DNA from: Candidatus Eiseniibacteriota bacterium
GTDB taxonomy: Bacteria > Eisenbacteria > RBG-16-71-46 > SZUA-252
Reading direction: 5' to 3'
Length of the DNA: 64,000 nucleotides
Assembly (NCBI GenBank): GCA_038060295.1
Contig: JBBTHR010000006.1
Location: 8,735 to 72,734, forward strand
Shown in pieces: positions 1 through 10,703 of this stretch. Both the position numbers and the translations under genes were made by a program. The first letter of the stretch is position 1, and each line of letters opens with the position of its first letter. The notes under the pieces were generated by a model that made no database searches, was not told where the DNA came from, and worked only from the letters and a program-made list of their open reading frames with translations.

Positions 1-351
1 TTTCGAATCCGCTCGGGCGTGAATCCGCCCCGGACGCGAAGCGTCGCGAACCTCGACTCCGTGCGATCGACGCTCTTCGCGGCGCGCCGCCTTCCCGTCG
101 CGCGCCTCTCCACGCTCGACTCGACGGCCGCCCACTACGTCTCGGTGAAGGTCGTCATCCGTCCGCTCTCAGCCGACGATCTCGGCGAGATCGAGGACTG
201 GCTCTCGGGAAGCGATCCGGGACAGGGAGAGGATCGGGGCCTGCCCGCCTATCTCCTCGAGTGGGCCGTGAACCTCTCGGGGCTCGGCGACCGCTCGGCG
301 CAGGCGAAGGGCCAGCGGTTCGTGCCGGGGCTCCTGGCGCCGAGTCCCTAG
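1..351 (+). CDS. C-terminal fragment of a hypothetical protein (5' end lies outside the window)
   Basis: Frame +1 is open from base 1 to the TAG at 349-351 (ORF track 19..351). No recognisable motif. Confidence 0.3.
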   Translation, partial: FRIRSGVNPPRTRSVANLDSVRSTLFAARRLPVARLSTLDSTAAHYVSVKVVIRPLSADDLGEIEDWLSGSDPGQGEDRGLPAYLLEWAVNLSGLGDRSAQAKGQRFVPGLLAPSP

Positions 352-354
352 CCG

Positions 355-1722
355 CTACGGCGCGTCCGAAGATCCGTCCGGCGGCGGAGTCGTCGTCGGG
401 CCGGCCGGGCCCGGCGCCGGCGCGGGAGGAGGCGGCGGGGTCGTGGAACCCCACTGGCTTCCCATGCTCGCCGAGTAGCCGCCGTAGACGCGCCCCGTCC
501 CCTTCCCGAATCGTCCGATGATGAGCGCACCCAGCCCCGCCGAGGCCACGATGAAGCCGAGGAGTCCGGCCGCGAATCCGAACGCCATGCCGACCGGGTG
601 GAAGGCGAAGAAGCTGAGCGCTCCGATCACCTCGGCGGCGGCCTTGAGCACGGCGATCAGCAGCACGCCCGCCGCGATCGCCAGAAGCGGCTTCGTCGCG
701 ACGCGGGCACCAAAGATCCGCCGGCCGAGGAACATGGTCCCCGTGAGGTAGGCGAGGAACGCCGCGTACATGGCGCCCGTCACGATTCCGATCACACCCA
801 GGACCAGCGCCACGACCAAGAGGACGGCGACCGGGATGCCGATGATCGTGATGCAGAGGATCACGATCGCGATCACGCCGGTCAGGATGAGCGCGATGAT
901 TCCGGCCGGGACCGCCAGCACGAGAAGCACCCAGCCGAGGAGCCCCATCGCGATCGACTTTCCGAAGCGCTCGTGGACCACGCCCGCGGCGTGTTCCAGC
1001 CGCTGGCGGAAGATCAGAAGCGAGATCCACGCCAGCAAGAGCGTGATCATCAGCCCGACGAGGAGCTTGATGAGCCACGCGCCCGTGCCGATGAGCCCCG
1101 CGGCGCCGATCATCGGCCACTTGCATCCCATCCGCCCGAAGTCGAACTTGCCGACGGATACGTCGCTCCCGCCGATGCTCGCGCTGTCGCTCGTCTGGAC
1201 GCCGCCGCCGCCCAGGCTGACGACATCGCCTTCGACAACGCCCTTCCCCTTCACGTGGACCGTTCCGCCCACGGAGACGGCGTCACCAGTCACGCGGCCC
1301 AGGACCGTGATCGACCCGCCCATCGCGACCACGGAGCCCTCGATGACGCGTCCCTCGGAGATGGTGATGTCCTCGCCGAACCGGACGAGGTCGTTCCCCT
1401 CGGAGCGGTCGAAATCGGGCGGTTCCGGAACTGCGGGCGGCGCGGGCGGCTCCGGGATGCTGTTGGTCGCCCCCGTCGCGGTGGAAGCGGACTTCTCGGT
1501 CTGACGTTTCGCCCGCTCGACGATGCGATTCACCTTCTCGCGGGCCCGGGCCGAGGCGCTGGTCGCCTCCTCGCGGACACGAACATTGAATCCGCTCTCG
1601 TCCGACGAGGCGGAGTCGGCGCTGCTCTTCACGGTCGTCTTCGTCTGCGCCAGGACCGCGGAAAGCGGGGCAAGAAGCGCGAACGCTAGGACGAGAATGG
1701 CGACAAGGAAACGGGGCGACAT
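355..1722 (-). CDS. Polytopic membrane protein with a signal peptide and bactofilin-like (polymer-forming) repeat region
   Basis: ORF 355..1770. The likely start is the ATG at 1722 (MSPRFLVAILVLAFALLAPLSAVLAQ signal peptide). It has a repetitive G-x-V-x-G-D-V stretch (VIEGSVVAMGGSITVLGRVTGDAVSVGGTVHVKGKGVVEGDVVSLGG), several hydrophobic helices and a Pro/Gly-rich C-terminus. It lies 28 nt downstream of the anti-sigma gene. Confidence 0.7.
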   Translation of the reverse strand: MSPRFLVAILVLAFALLAPLSAVLAQTKTTVKSSADSASSDESGFNVRVREEATSASARAREKVNRIVERAKRQTEKSASTATGATNSIPEPPAPPAVPEPPDFDRSEGNDLVRFGEDITISEGRVIEGSVVAMGGSITVLGRVTGDAVSVGGTVHVKGKGVVEGDVVSLGGGGVQTSDSASIGGSDVSVGKFDFGRMGCKWPMIGAAGLIGTGAWLIKLLVGLMITLLLAWISLLIFRQRLEHAAGVVHERFGKSIAMGLLGWVLLVLAVPAGIIALILTGVIAIVILCITIIGIPVAVLLVVALVLGVIGIVTGAMYAAFLAYLTGTMFLGRRIFGARVATKPLLAIAAGVLLIAVLKAAAEVIGALSFFAFHPVGMAFGFAAGLLGFIVASAGLGALIIGRFGKGTGRVYGGYSASMGSQWGSTTPPPPPAPAPGPAGPTTTPPPDGSSDAP

Positions 1723-1750
1723 CGAGGTACGCGCGATACACGTCCAGGAA

Positions 1751-2389
1751 TTAAAGCGCCAAGCACGCATGGCCGATCCCTCCTTCCTGGCGGCGGGACG
1801 GTCGCAGAAGCAAGTAGAGCGCGACCCCCAGGGTCAACAGCACGAGTCCGGTTGCCTGCGCTTCCGGCGAGCGGAGCGAGACGATCACGGCGCGGGGAAT
1901 GGCGGCGAGCGCTTCCATCGAGAGCCAGATCTGGCGCGCGATGGGCTCGTAGAACGTGACGTCGATCGCGATCCACTTCGGGATCGCGATCATCCCCTCC
2001 ACGCCGGAATCGAGGGCGCGGGCGAGGGCCGAGGCCGGATCGGGAAGTCCCCACTGCTTCGCGATGCGCGGCCAGAAGACGAGACCGCCGATGGTGCCGG
2101 CGAAGGAAAGCGCCAGCGCCCCCGCGCCGAAGCGCGCCCAGCGGGCCCGCGCGCGGTCGGGAGCGGTCACGGCGCGAAGAACGCGCTCCTCGAGCCCCGC
2201 GGGAACTCCGATCCCCGGCAGGGTCGCGACGCGGCGCGCGATGGCTCGGTGAAACTCCAGCGTCGCCCGGCAGCGCGCGCACTCTTCCACGTGCTGATCC
2301 AGCACACGGGCCACCGCGGCGTGGAGCATGCCGTCGGCGTACGCCGTCAGCTCGCGTTCGCAGGCTTCGCAGGTCAGGTTGGCTTTCAC
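1751..2389 (-). CDS. Anti-sigma factor, zf-HC2 type
   Basis: The N-terminus VKANLTCEACERELTAYADGMLH...HVEECARCRATLE is a putative zinc-finger anti-sigma motif, followed by a TM segment. The GTG start at 2389 overlaps the sigma factor stop as GTGA. Confidence 0.8.
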   Translation of the reverse strand: MKANLTCEACERELTAYADGMLHAAVARVLDQHVEECARCRATLEFHRAIARRVATLPGIGVPAGLEERVLRAVTAPDRARARWARFGAGALALSFAGTIGGLVFWPRIAKQWGLPDPASALARALDSGVEGMIAIPKWIAIDVTFYEPIARQIWLSMEALAAIPRAVIVSLRSPEAQATGLVLLTLGVALYLLLRPSRRQEGGIGHACLAL

Positions 2390-2955
2390 GTCGTCGGTCC
2401 TCGGGCGTTGAGTCTTCGTCGCAGGATCTCGTGGGCCCGGTGAAGTCGCACCTTCACCGTGCCGAGCGGGATCCCCATCGTTTCCGCGATCTCGTCGTAG
2501 GGCATCTCCTCCCGGTATCGCAGGTGGAGAATCGCCCGGTAGTGCTCCGGCAGTTCGATCACCAGGGCCTCGAACCGCTCCGCGGCCCATTCGAGCCGCA
2601 TTCCTTCGGCGGGACCCGGCCCTGGATCGGCCGGCTCGATCGTCGGACCGTCCTCGCCGGAGAGGTCCTCGAACGAGACGGGCCGGCGCTTCCGGCGCCG
2701 GATCGCGTCGAGCGAGAGGTTCGACGCGATCTTGAAGATCCAGGATCGAAACGGCCGTTCCGGGTCGTAGGAAGCGAGGGAGCGCAGAACGCGGATGAAG
2801 GTTTCTTGCGCGACCTCCGCCGCGTCGTCCGCGCTTCCCGTGATCCGCCAGGCCAGATTCACCACCGGAGCCTGATACGCTCGGACCAGCTCACGGTAGG
2901 CACGCTCGTCCTTGGCGAGGCACCGCCGGATCAAGTCCCGTTCGTCGGTCGCCAC
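2386..2955 (-). CDS. ECF-type RNA polymerase sigma factor (sigma-70 family)
   Basis: 189 aa. Region 2 (YRELVRAYQAPVVNLAWRITGSADDAAEVAQETFIRV) and region 4 (MPYDEIAETMGIPLGTVKVRLHRA) are recognisable. Confidence 0.9.
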   Translation of the reverse strand: MATDERDLIRRCLAKDERAYRELVRAYQAPVVNLAWRITGSADDAAEVAQETFIRVLRSLASYDPERPFRSWIFKIASNLSLDAIRRRKRRPVSFEDLSGEDGPTIEPADPGPGPAEGMRLEWAAERFEALVIELPEHYRAILHLRYREEMPYDEIAETMGIPLGTVKVRLHRAHEILRRRLNARGPTT

Positions 2956-3105
2956 TTAGTCGCGATCCATGTCGGAACTGTCACGTTCTGTACGTCGATG
3001 GGGGTGGCGAGGTTTCGCCATCCTGGAGGCCTCCGGGGCGGCCGGGGAGTCGTTCCGGCTCCGTCCGGCCTCACGGGGCCGCACCGTAGGGCGCCCTCCG
3101 GGGTC

Positions 3106-3127
3106 CGTCAAGGCTTTTCCCTTGACG
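3106..3127. promoter_or_regulatory. Perfect 8-bp inverted repeat CGTCAAGG-N6-CCTTGACG upstream of eno
   Basis: Read directly. It lies 35 nt upstream of the eno ATG, and its right arm contains a TTGACG -35-like hexamer. Confidence 0.4.
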
Positions 3128-3140
3128 CCACGCGACTTGA

Positions 3141-4454
<1,314 letters not shown>

Positions 4455-4482
4455 GCATGCTCGACGCGAGAGGGTCCGGGGC

Positions 4483-4854
4483 ATGATGCGTTCCCCCTAC
4501 CAGAGTCCGAAGGATGAGCCGCCGTCGCGTTTCCTCCGGCGGCGACCCGACGAACGGAGAAAGCTCCGCTACGTCTACCTGGGACTCGGCCTCGTCGGCA
4601 CCTACCTCGTCTATTGGTTCCTCCTGAGCGACACGGGACTTCTCCGCATCGCCTCGCTCCGCCGAGAGAACGAATCCTTACAGGAGAGGCAGGTGGTTCT
4701 CTCCGAGCGGGTGACCGATCTCGAACGGCGACGCAAGGAGCAGGCGAAGGACCCGCTCCTCGAGGAACGCGTGGCCCGCGAGCGCTTCCACCTGGTGAAG
4801 AAGGACGAGATCGTCTACCGCTACCGGGAATCCGCTTCCGACACGCTTCGCTGA
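4483..4854 (+). CDS. ftsB: Septum formation initiator, FtsB/DivIC family
   Basis: 123 aa. It has one TM helix followed by a coiled coil (LRRENESLQERQVVLSERVTDLERR). The eno-ftsB gene order is conserved in many bacteria. Confidence 0.8.
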   Translation: MMRSPYQSPKDEPPSRFLRRRPDERRKLRYVYLGLGLVGTYLVYWFLLSDTGLLRIASLRRENESLQERQVVLSERVTDLERRRKEQAKDPLLEERVARERFHLVKKDEIVYRYRESASDTLR

Positions 4855-4929
4855 CCGACCCCTTGGATGCTCCGAACCCCCTCCGGGAAAGGGCCTTTAC
4901 AGAGGAGCCCGGATGCGAGAATATACGCC

Positions 4930-5006
<77 letters not shown>

Positions 5007-5017
5007 TAGGACCGACA

Positions 5018-5045
5018 GGGCCGGGAGCCATCCCGGCCCTTTTTT
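5018..5045. terminator. Rho-independent terminator, potentially bidirectional
   Basis: GGGCCGGGA-gcca-TCCCGGCCC followed by TTTTTT. It sits between the tRNA (+) and the 3' end of pepN (-). Confidence 0.65.
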
Positions 5046-5088
5046 CATCCCCGCGGCGCCCCCTGCTGGCGACTCCATCGGCCCGAAA

Positions 5089-7752
5089 CTACGGGGGCGT
5101 AAGTCCCTCGCGCAAGAAGGACCGGAGCGCCGCCCCTTCGCGCTCGCGAAGACTGGCGCATTCGGTCACCGAGGCGGCCATTTTCAATAGCTCGGCCTCG
5201 GTGCCCGCGGGAAGGTGCGCAGGATCGGCGAAGAAAACGCGCGCGGCCTCGAGCCGAGTCAGGTCGCAGCCCGACGCGAACCAGGGGAGGTAGATGGCGT
5301 AGAGTGCGGGGATCCGCTTCACGATCTCGTCGTAGTGCGTCGCGACCCAGTTCCAGACCTCGTCCTGATGCTCTGGCCGGCCGGCCAATGATCCGAGGAG
5401 GCCGCTGTGCTCCTGCGGCTTCAGCGGCCCGCTCAGGTTGTAGGCGAAGGCGCGCGCGCGCAGCTCGGGGGACTGGAAGGAGCCGATGGCGTCGAGAAGG
5501 CGTCCCCGCTCGCTCGGGACGGGGTCGCGCTCGAAGTGCTTGCAGTAGACATCGAAGAGTTCGGCGTCGCCGCCAAGAGCGGCGATGCGAAGTACGGGGC
5601 CCTGCATGGAGGGATCGACGGCCTCGCCCGCCAGGTAGCGTGCGGCCTGCGCTCGCGCAACCACGTGCAGCTCGGTGTCCTGGCCTTCGTCGGCCAGCAT
5701 GCCGAAGAGTTCGGGGCGGAGCGACGAGACCGACGGCGATTCGCCGGGCTTCGCCTCGAGGCCGATCCGCTTCATGGCGCCTCCGAGCACGCGGCGGACG
5801 TACTCGGCGAAGGGGTCGCGGAGATCCTCGGTGATGAAATACGTCCGGATTGCGCGAACACCATCGGCCACGGCGCTGACGACGGAGGGATCGGGATCGT
5901 CGCCGAAGCCGAGAAGGAGCTTCGCGTACTCGTCGCTGGGAGCGGCCCCGCTCAGGAGGAGTGCATAGGCGTTCAGAAGGAAGCCGAACCGCTCGCGCGG
6001 GGATAGCACGTGGACCGCGTCGCCGGCGAGCCGCGTCATGGCCTGCCCCTCGACGCGCCACCGGTAGTAGCCCGCGTGATCGGCGTTCATCTGGATCCAC
6101 GCCGGCGGCGCGTCGAGACCCGGCAAGTTCACGGTGGTCTCCGCGCCAGTGAGGAGAACCTGGTGCCGCGCCACGCCCTTCGGCGTCGGGTACTTCATCG
6201 AAACCGGAATCTGCCAGAGGCGCGCCACCGAATCTCGAAGTCCATGGTTGAGGAATCGCTGCTGGCGGAGGTGGATTCGGCCGTCGCTCAGGAGTTCCCC
6301 CCGGACGATCGGAATGCCGGGCTGATTGAAGTAGGTCGAACCCATCGCGCCGACGTCGCGGCCGGAGGACTTCGACAGAGCGCGCCAGAGATCCGCCTCC
6401 GTCGCGTTCCCCCACTCGTGTTCCTTGAGATACGCCAAAACGCCCCGGCGGAAGTTATCGGGACCGAGCCACGACTCCATCATATCGAGGACGCTCTGCC
6501 CTTTCTGGTAGGTGAGCGCGTCGGCGGTGGAAAGAAGATTCCCGACGGTCGTCACCGGCTGGCGGATGGTTCGCGCCGTGAGGCGGGAGTCGTCGGTGTA
6601 AGCCTGTTCCGTCTCCGCCAGACCCGTGACGTCCGTATCGAGCTCCGGAAATACTTCCATGACGATCTTGTCGCCCATCCACTCGGCGAACGACTCGTTG
6701 AGCCAGAGATCGTCCCACCATGCCATCGTCACCAGATCTCCGAACCACATGTGGGCCAGTTCGTGCGAGGTGAATCGGGCCAGTTGTCGCTTCTGCGACA
6801 CGCTCATGCTCTTCGGGTCGAAGAGGAGGAATTGGTCGGAGTAGGTGATGGCGCCGGGATTCTCCATGGCGCCGTAGGTGTATTCGGGCACCGCGAGGAG
6901 ATCGAGCTTCTCGTAGGGATAGGGGCGCCCGAAATACTTCTCCAGCGCCGCCAGTATCGGAGGCACCATGGCCACGACGGGCCCCGTGAGGTGGCTCTTC
7001 CCCTTCACGGTCGCGATGCGGGTCGGAATCGACGTCCCGGTCACGGGCGTGAATTCGAGGCGCCCGACGGCGATGGCGAGTAAGTACGACGGCATGGGCT
7101 TCGACGTACGGAACGCGATGGTGCGCCGCCCGCCCTCGGATCGATCGCTCACGACCGGCGAATTGGTGACCGCTTCCTGCCCCGCCGGAATCGAGAGCGT
7201 GAACTGATACGGGATCTTCACCGACGGCTCGTCGAGGCAGGGGAACGCGGAGCGCGCATCGCACGCCTCGAACTGCGTGAACGCGTACCAGTCGTCGCCG
7301 ACCCGGAGGCGGTAGAGCGACGAGGCTCGCTGGTCGAAGTCGTTCGTGAAGGCGATCTCGAGTGTGTATCGGCCGGGAGCGATCGGCGCTCCGTCGGTCC
7401 GGCTGGCGCGGATGAATCCCTCGTCGTCCTCGGCTCCCGCGCGAAGTGCCGTGGCGCCGCGTGCGCCTCGGAGCGCGATCGAACCGAGCGTGAGTTTTTG
7501 CGCATGAAAGCAGAGGTCGGGGCGAGCCTTCGAGACCGTGAGCTCGATCCGCACGGTGCCGGAGTAGTCGGCCCGCGACGGGTCGAGATCGAGCGCGATC
7601 GTCTGCGAGGTCGCTCGCACGTCGAGCGGGAGCCGTTCGAGTGCGGCGCGTGACGTCGCGGCGGGAAACAGGCCGGCCAGGATGGCGGCCAACGCGACCG
7701 CGCGGGCGGAGCCAAGAATCGCGTGTGTCACGACGTCATGGCGCCAGGTCAT
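5089..7752 (-). CDS. pepN: Aminopeptidase N-like M1 family zinc metallopeptidase, secreted
   Basis: GAMEN motif (YGAMENPGAITY) and HELAHMWFGD...WLNESFAEW zinc site. The likely start is the ATG at 7752, just before a signal peptide. The ORF track extends to 7803. Confidence 0.9.
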   Translation of the reverse strand: MTWRHDVVTHAILGSARAVALAAILAGLFPAATSRAALERLPLDVRATSQTIALDLDPSRADYSGTVRIELTVSKARPDLCFHAQKLTLGSIALRGARGATALRAGAEDDEGFIRASRTDGAPIAPGRYTLEIAFTNDFDQRASSLYRLRVGDDWYAFTQFEACDARSAFPCLDEPSVKIPYQFTLSIPAGQEAVTNSPVVSDRSEGGRRTIAFRTSKPMPSYLLAIAVGRLEFTPVTGTSIPTRIATVKGKSHLTGPVVAMVPPILAALEKYFGRPYPYEKLDLLAVPEYTYGAMENPGAITYSDQFLLFDPKSMSVSQKRQLARFTSHELAHMWFGDLVTMAWWDDLWLNESFAEWMGDKIVMEVFPELDTDVTGLAETEQAYTDDSRLTARTIRQPVTTVGNLLSTADALTYQKGQSVLDMMESWLGPDNFRRGVLAYLKEHEWGNATEADLWRALSKSSGRDVGAMGSTYFNQPGIPIVRGELLSDGRIHLRQQRFLNHGLRDSVARLWQIPVSMKYPTPKGVARHQVLLTGAETTVNLPGLDAPPAWIQMNADHAGYYRWRVEGQAMTRLAGDAVHVLSPRERFGFLLNAYALLLSGAAPSDEYAKLLLGFGDDPDPSVVSAVADGVRAIRTYFITEDLRDPFAEYVRRVLGGAMKRIGLEAKPGESPSVSSLRPELFGMLADEGQDTELHVVARAQAARYLAGEAVDPSMQGPVLRIAALGGDAELFDVYCKHFERDPVPSERGRLLDAIGSFQSPELRARAFAYNLSGPLKPQEHSGLLGSLAGRPEHQDEVWNWVATHYDEIVKRIPALYAIYLPWFASGCDLTRLEAARVFFADPAHLPAGTEAELLKMAASVTECASLREREGAALRSFLREGLTPP

Positions 7753-7907
7753 CGGGGCTCCCCCAGGGGTGTCGGGACGGTCGAGGCGGGCATCCTCGCA
7801 CATTCGGAGAGGCCGGGCACCGGGAAGGATAGAGTGCTATAATCGCCGGGTTGCAGAAAGCGGTCAGGGCGGCCCTGGAGACATCTTGCGTAAGGAGCGA
7901 TAAGGCT

Positions 7908-8684
7908 ATGTCCCTAAACAACTTGAAGATATATTTGCGTCGACTTTTCGGCGGCGCGGCCGCAGTTGGTGTGCTGGCGTTGAGCGTGGTGGGCTGTGGC
8001 GACAAGGCAACTGGTCCGGTCAGTTCCGTTCCCCTCACGCTGGTGGCGCAAGGAGTGGGCGGAAACACGGCCCGCTACCTCGCGCCGGCCGGCTCTCCGC
8101 TCACGGCCTCGAGCGCAGCCACCGACACGATTCCGGTCACGTTCACGAAGGCCTTGCTGGTCGTGCGCGACGTCCGGCTCGTCTTCCCCGGCGACGACGA
8201 TGCGCAGGGGCAGATTCGCTTCCGCGGACCGTTCGTCATCGATCTGCTGAGCGGCCATGCCGCCCGCCTCGATACGATGATGGTGCAGCCGGGCGACTAC
8301 GCGCGAGTGCAGGGGCATTTCCAGATGCTGCGGTCGGGCGACGCCGACGCTGCCGAATTCCCTGGCCTCGTGGGCTCGACCGTGTGGCTCGAAGGAACGA
8401 TCGACGGCGAGGGCGGCGGTCCGTTCTCGTTCCTGGCCAGGATCGACAACGAGTTCCAGATTCGCGGCCTCTTCCGCGTGGCGGCGGAGACCCCGGCCAC
8501 CGCGTTCGTCGCCTTCGATCTCTCAAAGTGGCTCTCGGACGCGAACGGTCGCTTCCTCGATCCGCGCGACTTCGAGAACGAACAGGCGATCAAGAGCGCG
8601 ATCCGCCATTCGATCAAGGTCGGCATGGACGACGATCGCGACGGATCGATGGACGACGACATGCACGAGGAGGACGGCGACTAG
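7908..8684 (+). CDS. Hypothetical lipoprotein (possibly DUF4382-like) with an acidic C-terminus
   Basis: An ATG at 7908 is preceded by AAGGAG. Lipobox-like ALSVVGC. Family unknown. Confidence 0.6.
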   Translation: MSLNNLKIYLRRLFGGAAAVGVLALSVVGCGDKATGPVSSVPLTLVAQGVGGNTARYLAPAGSPLTASSAATDTIPVTFTKALLVVRDVRLVFPGDDDAQGQIRFRGPFVIDLLSGHAARLDTMMVQPGDYARVQGHFQMLRSGDADAAEFPGLVGSTVWLEGTIDGEGGGPFSFLARIDNEFQIRGLFRVAAETPATAFVAFDLSKWLSDANGRFLDPRDFENEQAIKSAIRHSIKVGMDDDRDGSMDDDMHEEDGD

Positions 8685-8706
8685 TCGGACTCCCGTCATC
8701 ACAGGG

Positions 8707-8736
8707 CCGGGCGGCGGAACATCCCCCCGCCGCCCG
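8707..8736 (+). terminator. GC-rich hairpin after the lipoprotein gene (no U-tract)
   Basis: CCGGGCGGCGG-N8-CCGCCGCCCGG, a perfect 11-bp stem 23 nt after the stop at 8684. Confidence 0.4.
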
Positions 8737-8768
8737 GTCGATACGCCGGAAACGGAGGACGTGACGCC

Positions 8769-10703
8769 ATGATTTCGCGCACGACCGCATGCACCCTCGT
8801 TCTCACCGCGGCGATCGCGGTATCCGCACTCGGACTTTCGGGGCTCGCCCCACCCGCGTTCGCGACCGTGGAGAGCGCTTCTGTCGTTCCGACCACGCCG
8901 ACCGTTTGCGATTCGGTTCGGCTGGTGGTCGCGGGGACGCTCTCCAGCCCCTGCTACACGATCCACGGGTTTAGAGTCGGAGCGCCGGAACTGCTCCCCA
9001 CGATGGGACCGATTCCGACCTACCGAATCCCCGTCCGAATTCGCGCCGAGGAGCCGAATCCCGCGATTGGAGCGCCCTGCCCGGCGGTGATCGAGCCGTA
9101 TCGACTCGCGGAGGAACTCGGCAAGCTCCGCTTCGGCAACTACTGGGTCGACGCTACCGAATACGTCCATCCCTTCCCCGCCGATTCGACCGCGCCGATC
9201 GACTCGAGCCGGATCCGCTACACCTTCTTCGTCGGTTCGGACAGCTGTCGAACCGGCGAGGGGTGCGTCCTGCTCGGATTCGGCGCAACCGGGTTCGACT
9301 ATCCGCGACTCGACGGCTGCACCGCGCGGGCGAATCCGGGCGAGCGCGCCTGCTTCGACGTCACGCTGATGAATCCCGTTCCGGTGGGCGCTCTACAAAC
9401 CGAAATCGTGATTCCACTCCGGAGGCTCGATCCGCTGCTCGATCCCTCGACTTTCCTCGTTCCGGTTTCCGTGATCGCCACCCCTCGCGCCGCCGGATTC
9501 GAGGCGGCGTGGACGGCGGACGGCTCGACCGCGAAGATTGTCCTCTACTCCACCACCGGCGCCGCGATCGCGCCCGGCCGCGGGGCAGTGCTCCATGTCT
9601 GCTACGCCGTCAAGGCCGAGGCGCCGGAATTGGCCTACCCGCTCCGCTTCGGGCCATCGCTCGTCTCCTCGCCGGGCGGTGAGGCCGTGCCCTTCTGCCC
9701 GACCTTCGCCGAGATCGAGGGACGCATCTGCGTCGGCGTTTCTCGCTGCGACTTGAACGGCGACGGCGTGGGCGACGTGCGCGACATCGTCCGCATGGTT
9801 CGCTGCATTCTCGCCATTCCATCCGAACTCTGCCCCGACTCGCTCCGAGCCGAATACGACTGCAACGGCGACGGGGCACTAGACGTCCGCGACGTTGTCT
9901 GCTGCGTGCGGGACATCCTTACGCGCGACGGAGGATGGGGGCCCGATCCCGGTCCGAGCGGCGCGCCGTCACTCGACGTGGCGCGCGTCGGCTTCGAGGG
10001 AGCGGCAACGTGGACGAACCCGCTCGAAGGGCGGGCCGTCATCGCGATCGATGGCGGCCGGGCGTTCGGCGGCGTTCAGTTCCTGCTCCATTCCCGCGGC
10101 CTCTCGCGGGTGCGCGACATCGCCATCGAGGACCCACGAGGAATGTTGGCCCTCCAGTGGGACGTGGGGATCGGTGGTGACGCGCGCGTGATGGTTTACA
10201 ATCGCGGATTCATCGAATCGGGCGCGGGCGCGGCGTCGCGCGCGGCCGGTCTGGCCGGTGAGGTTGTCCCCATTCGACTGTTCCTGACGCTCGAACCCGT
10301 GGCCGAAGGGGCCGCCGACGGCGGCCTGGCGATTCGCTCCCTGCGAGGCGCCACCTACGAAGGTGCGGCGCTGAGCGTCGAGGGCGGCACGATCGACCTC
10401 CACGTCCCGGCGAGTTCCGTGGCGGGAGTCGCGTCGATTCTGCCGGCGCGGCCGAATCCGTTCCTTGGCGACACCGAGATATCTTTCGCCCTGCCGAGCG
10501 ACGCGCGCGCCTCAGTGAGGCTCTTCGACGTGGGCGGGCGGCTGGTACGGACGCTTCATGACGGCTCCGCCACCGCCGGAGTCCATCGCATACGCTGGGA
10601 CGGCCGGGACGACCGCGGCCGAACCGTCGGCGTCGGCATCTACTTCGTTCACTTCACGAGCGGGAGTGTCGTCCGGACGGAGCGGATTCTCCGGCTCCGG
10701 TAG
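8769..10703 (+). CDS. Secreted protein with a dockerin-like repeat pair and a FlgD-Ig/T9SS-like C-terminal domain
   Basis: Signal peptide. Repeat pair DLNGDGVGDVRDIVRMVRCIL and DCNGDGALDVRDVVCCVRDIL. C-terminus PNPFLGDTEISFALP...VRLFDVGGRLVRTL...IRWDGRDDRGRTVGVGIYFV. Confidence 0.75.
   Translation: MISRTTACTLVLTAAIAVSALGLSGLAPPAFATVESASVVPTTPTVCDSVRLVVAGTLSSPCYTIHGFRVGAPELLPTMGPIPTYRIPVRIRAEEPNPAIGAPCPAVIEPYRLAEELGKLRFGNYWVDATEYVHPFPADSTAPIDSSRIRYTFFVGSDSCRTGEGCVLLGFGATGFDYPRLDGCTARANPGERACFDVTLMNPVPVGALQTEIVIPLRRLDPLLDPSTFLVPVSVIATPRAAGFEAAWTADGSTAKIVLYSTTGAAIAPGRGAVLHVCYAVKAEAPELAYPLRFGPSLVSSPGGEAVPFCPTFAEIEGRICVGVSRCDLNGDGVGDVRDIVRMVRCILAIPSELCPDSLRAEYDCNGDGALDVRDVVCCVRDILTRDGGWGPDPGPSGAPSLDVARVGFEGAATWTNPLEGRAVIAIDGGRAFGGVQFLLHSRGLSRVRDIAIEDPRGMLALQWDVGIGGDARVMVYNRGFIESGAGAASRAAGLAGEVVPIRLFLTLEPVAEGAADGGLAIRSLRGATYEGAALSVEGGTIDLHVPASSVAGVASILPARPNPFLGDTEISFALPSDARASVRLFDVGGRLVRTLHDGSATAGVHRIRWDGRDDRGRTVGVGIYFVHFTSGSVVRTERILRLR

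Noticed and set aside
2971-2998. ECF-like promoter look-alike GGAAC-N14-CGTC on the plus strand upstream of eno
   Set aside because: The spacer is too short, at 14 nt against the usual 16-17. It also points away from the ECF sigma gene. No matching element was found on the minus strand upstream of 2955.
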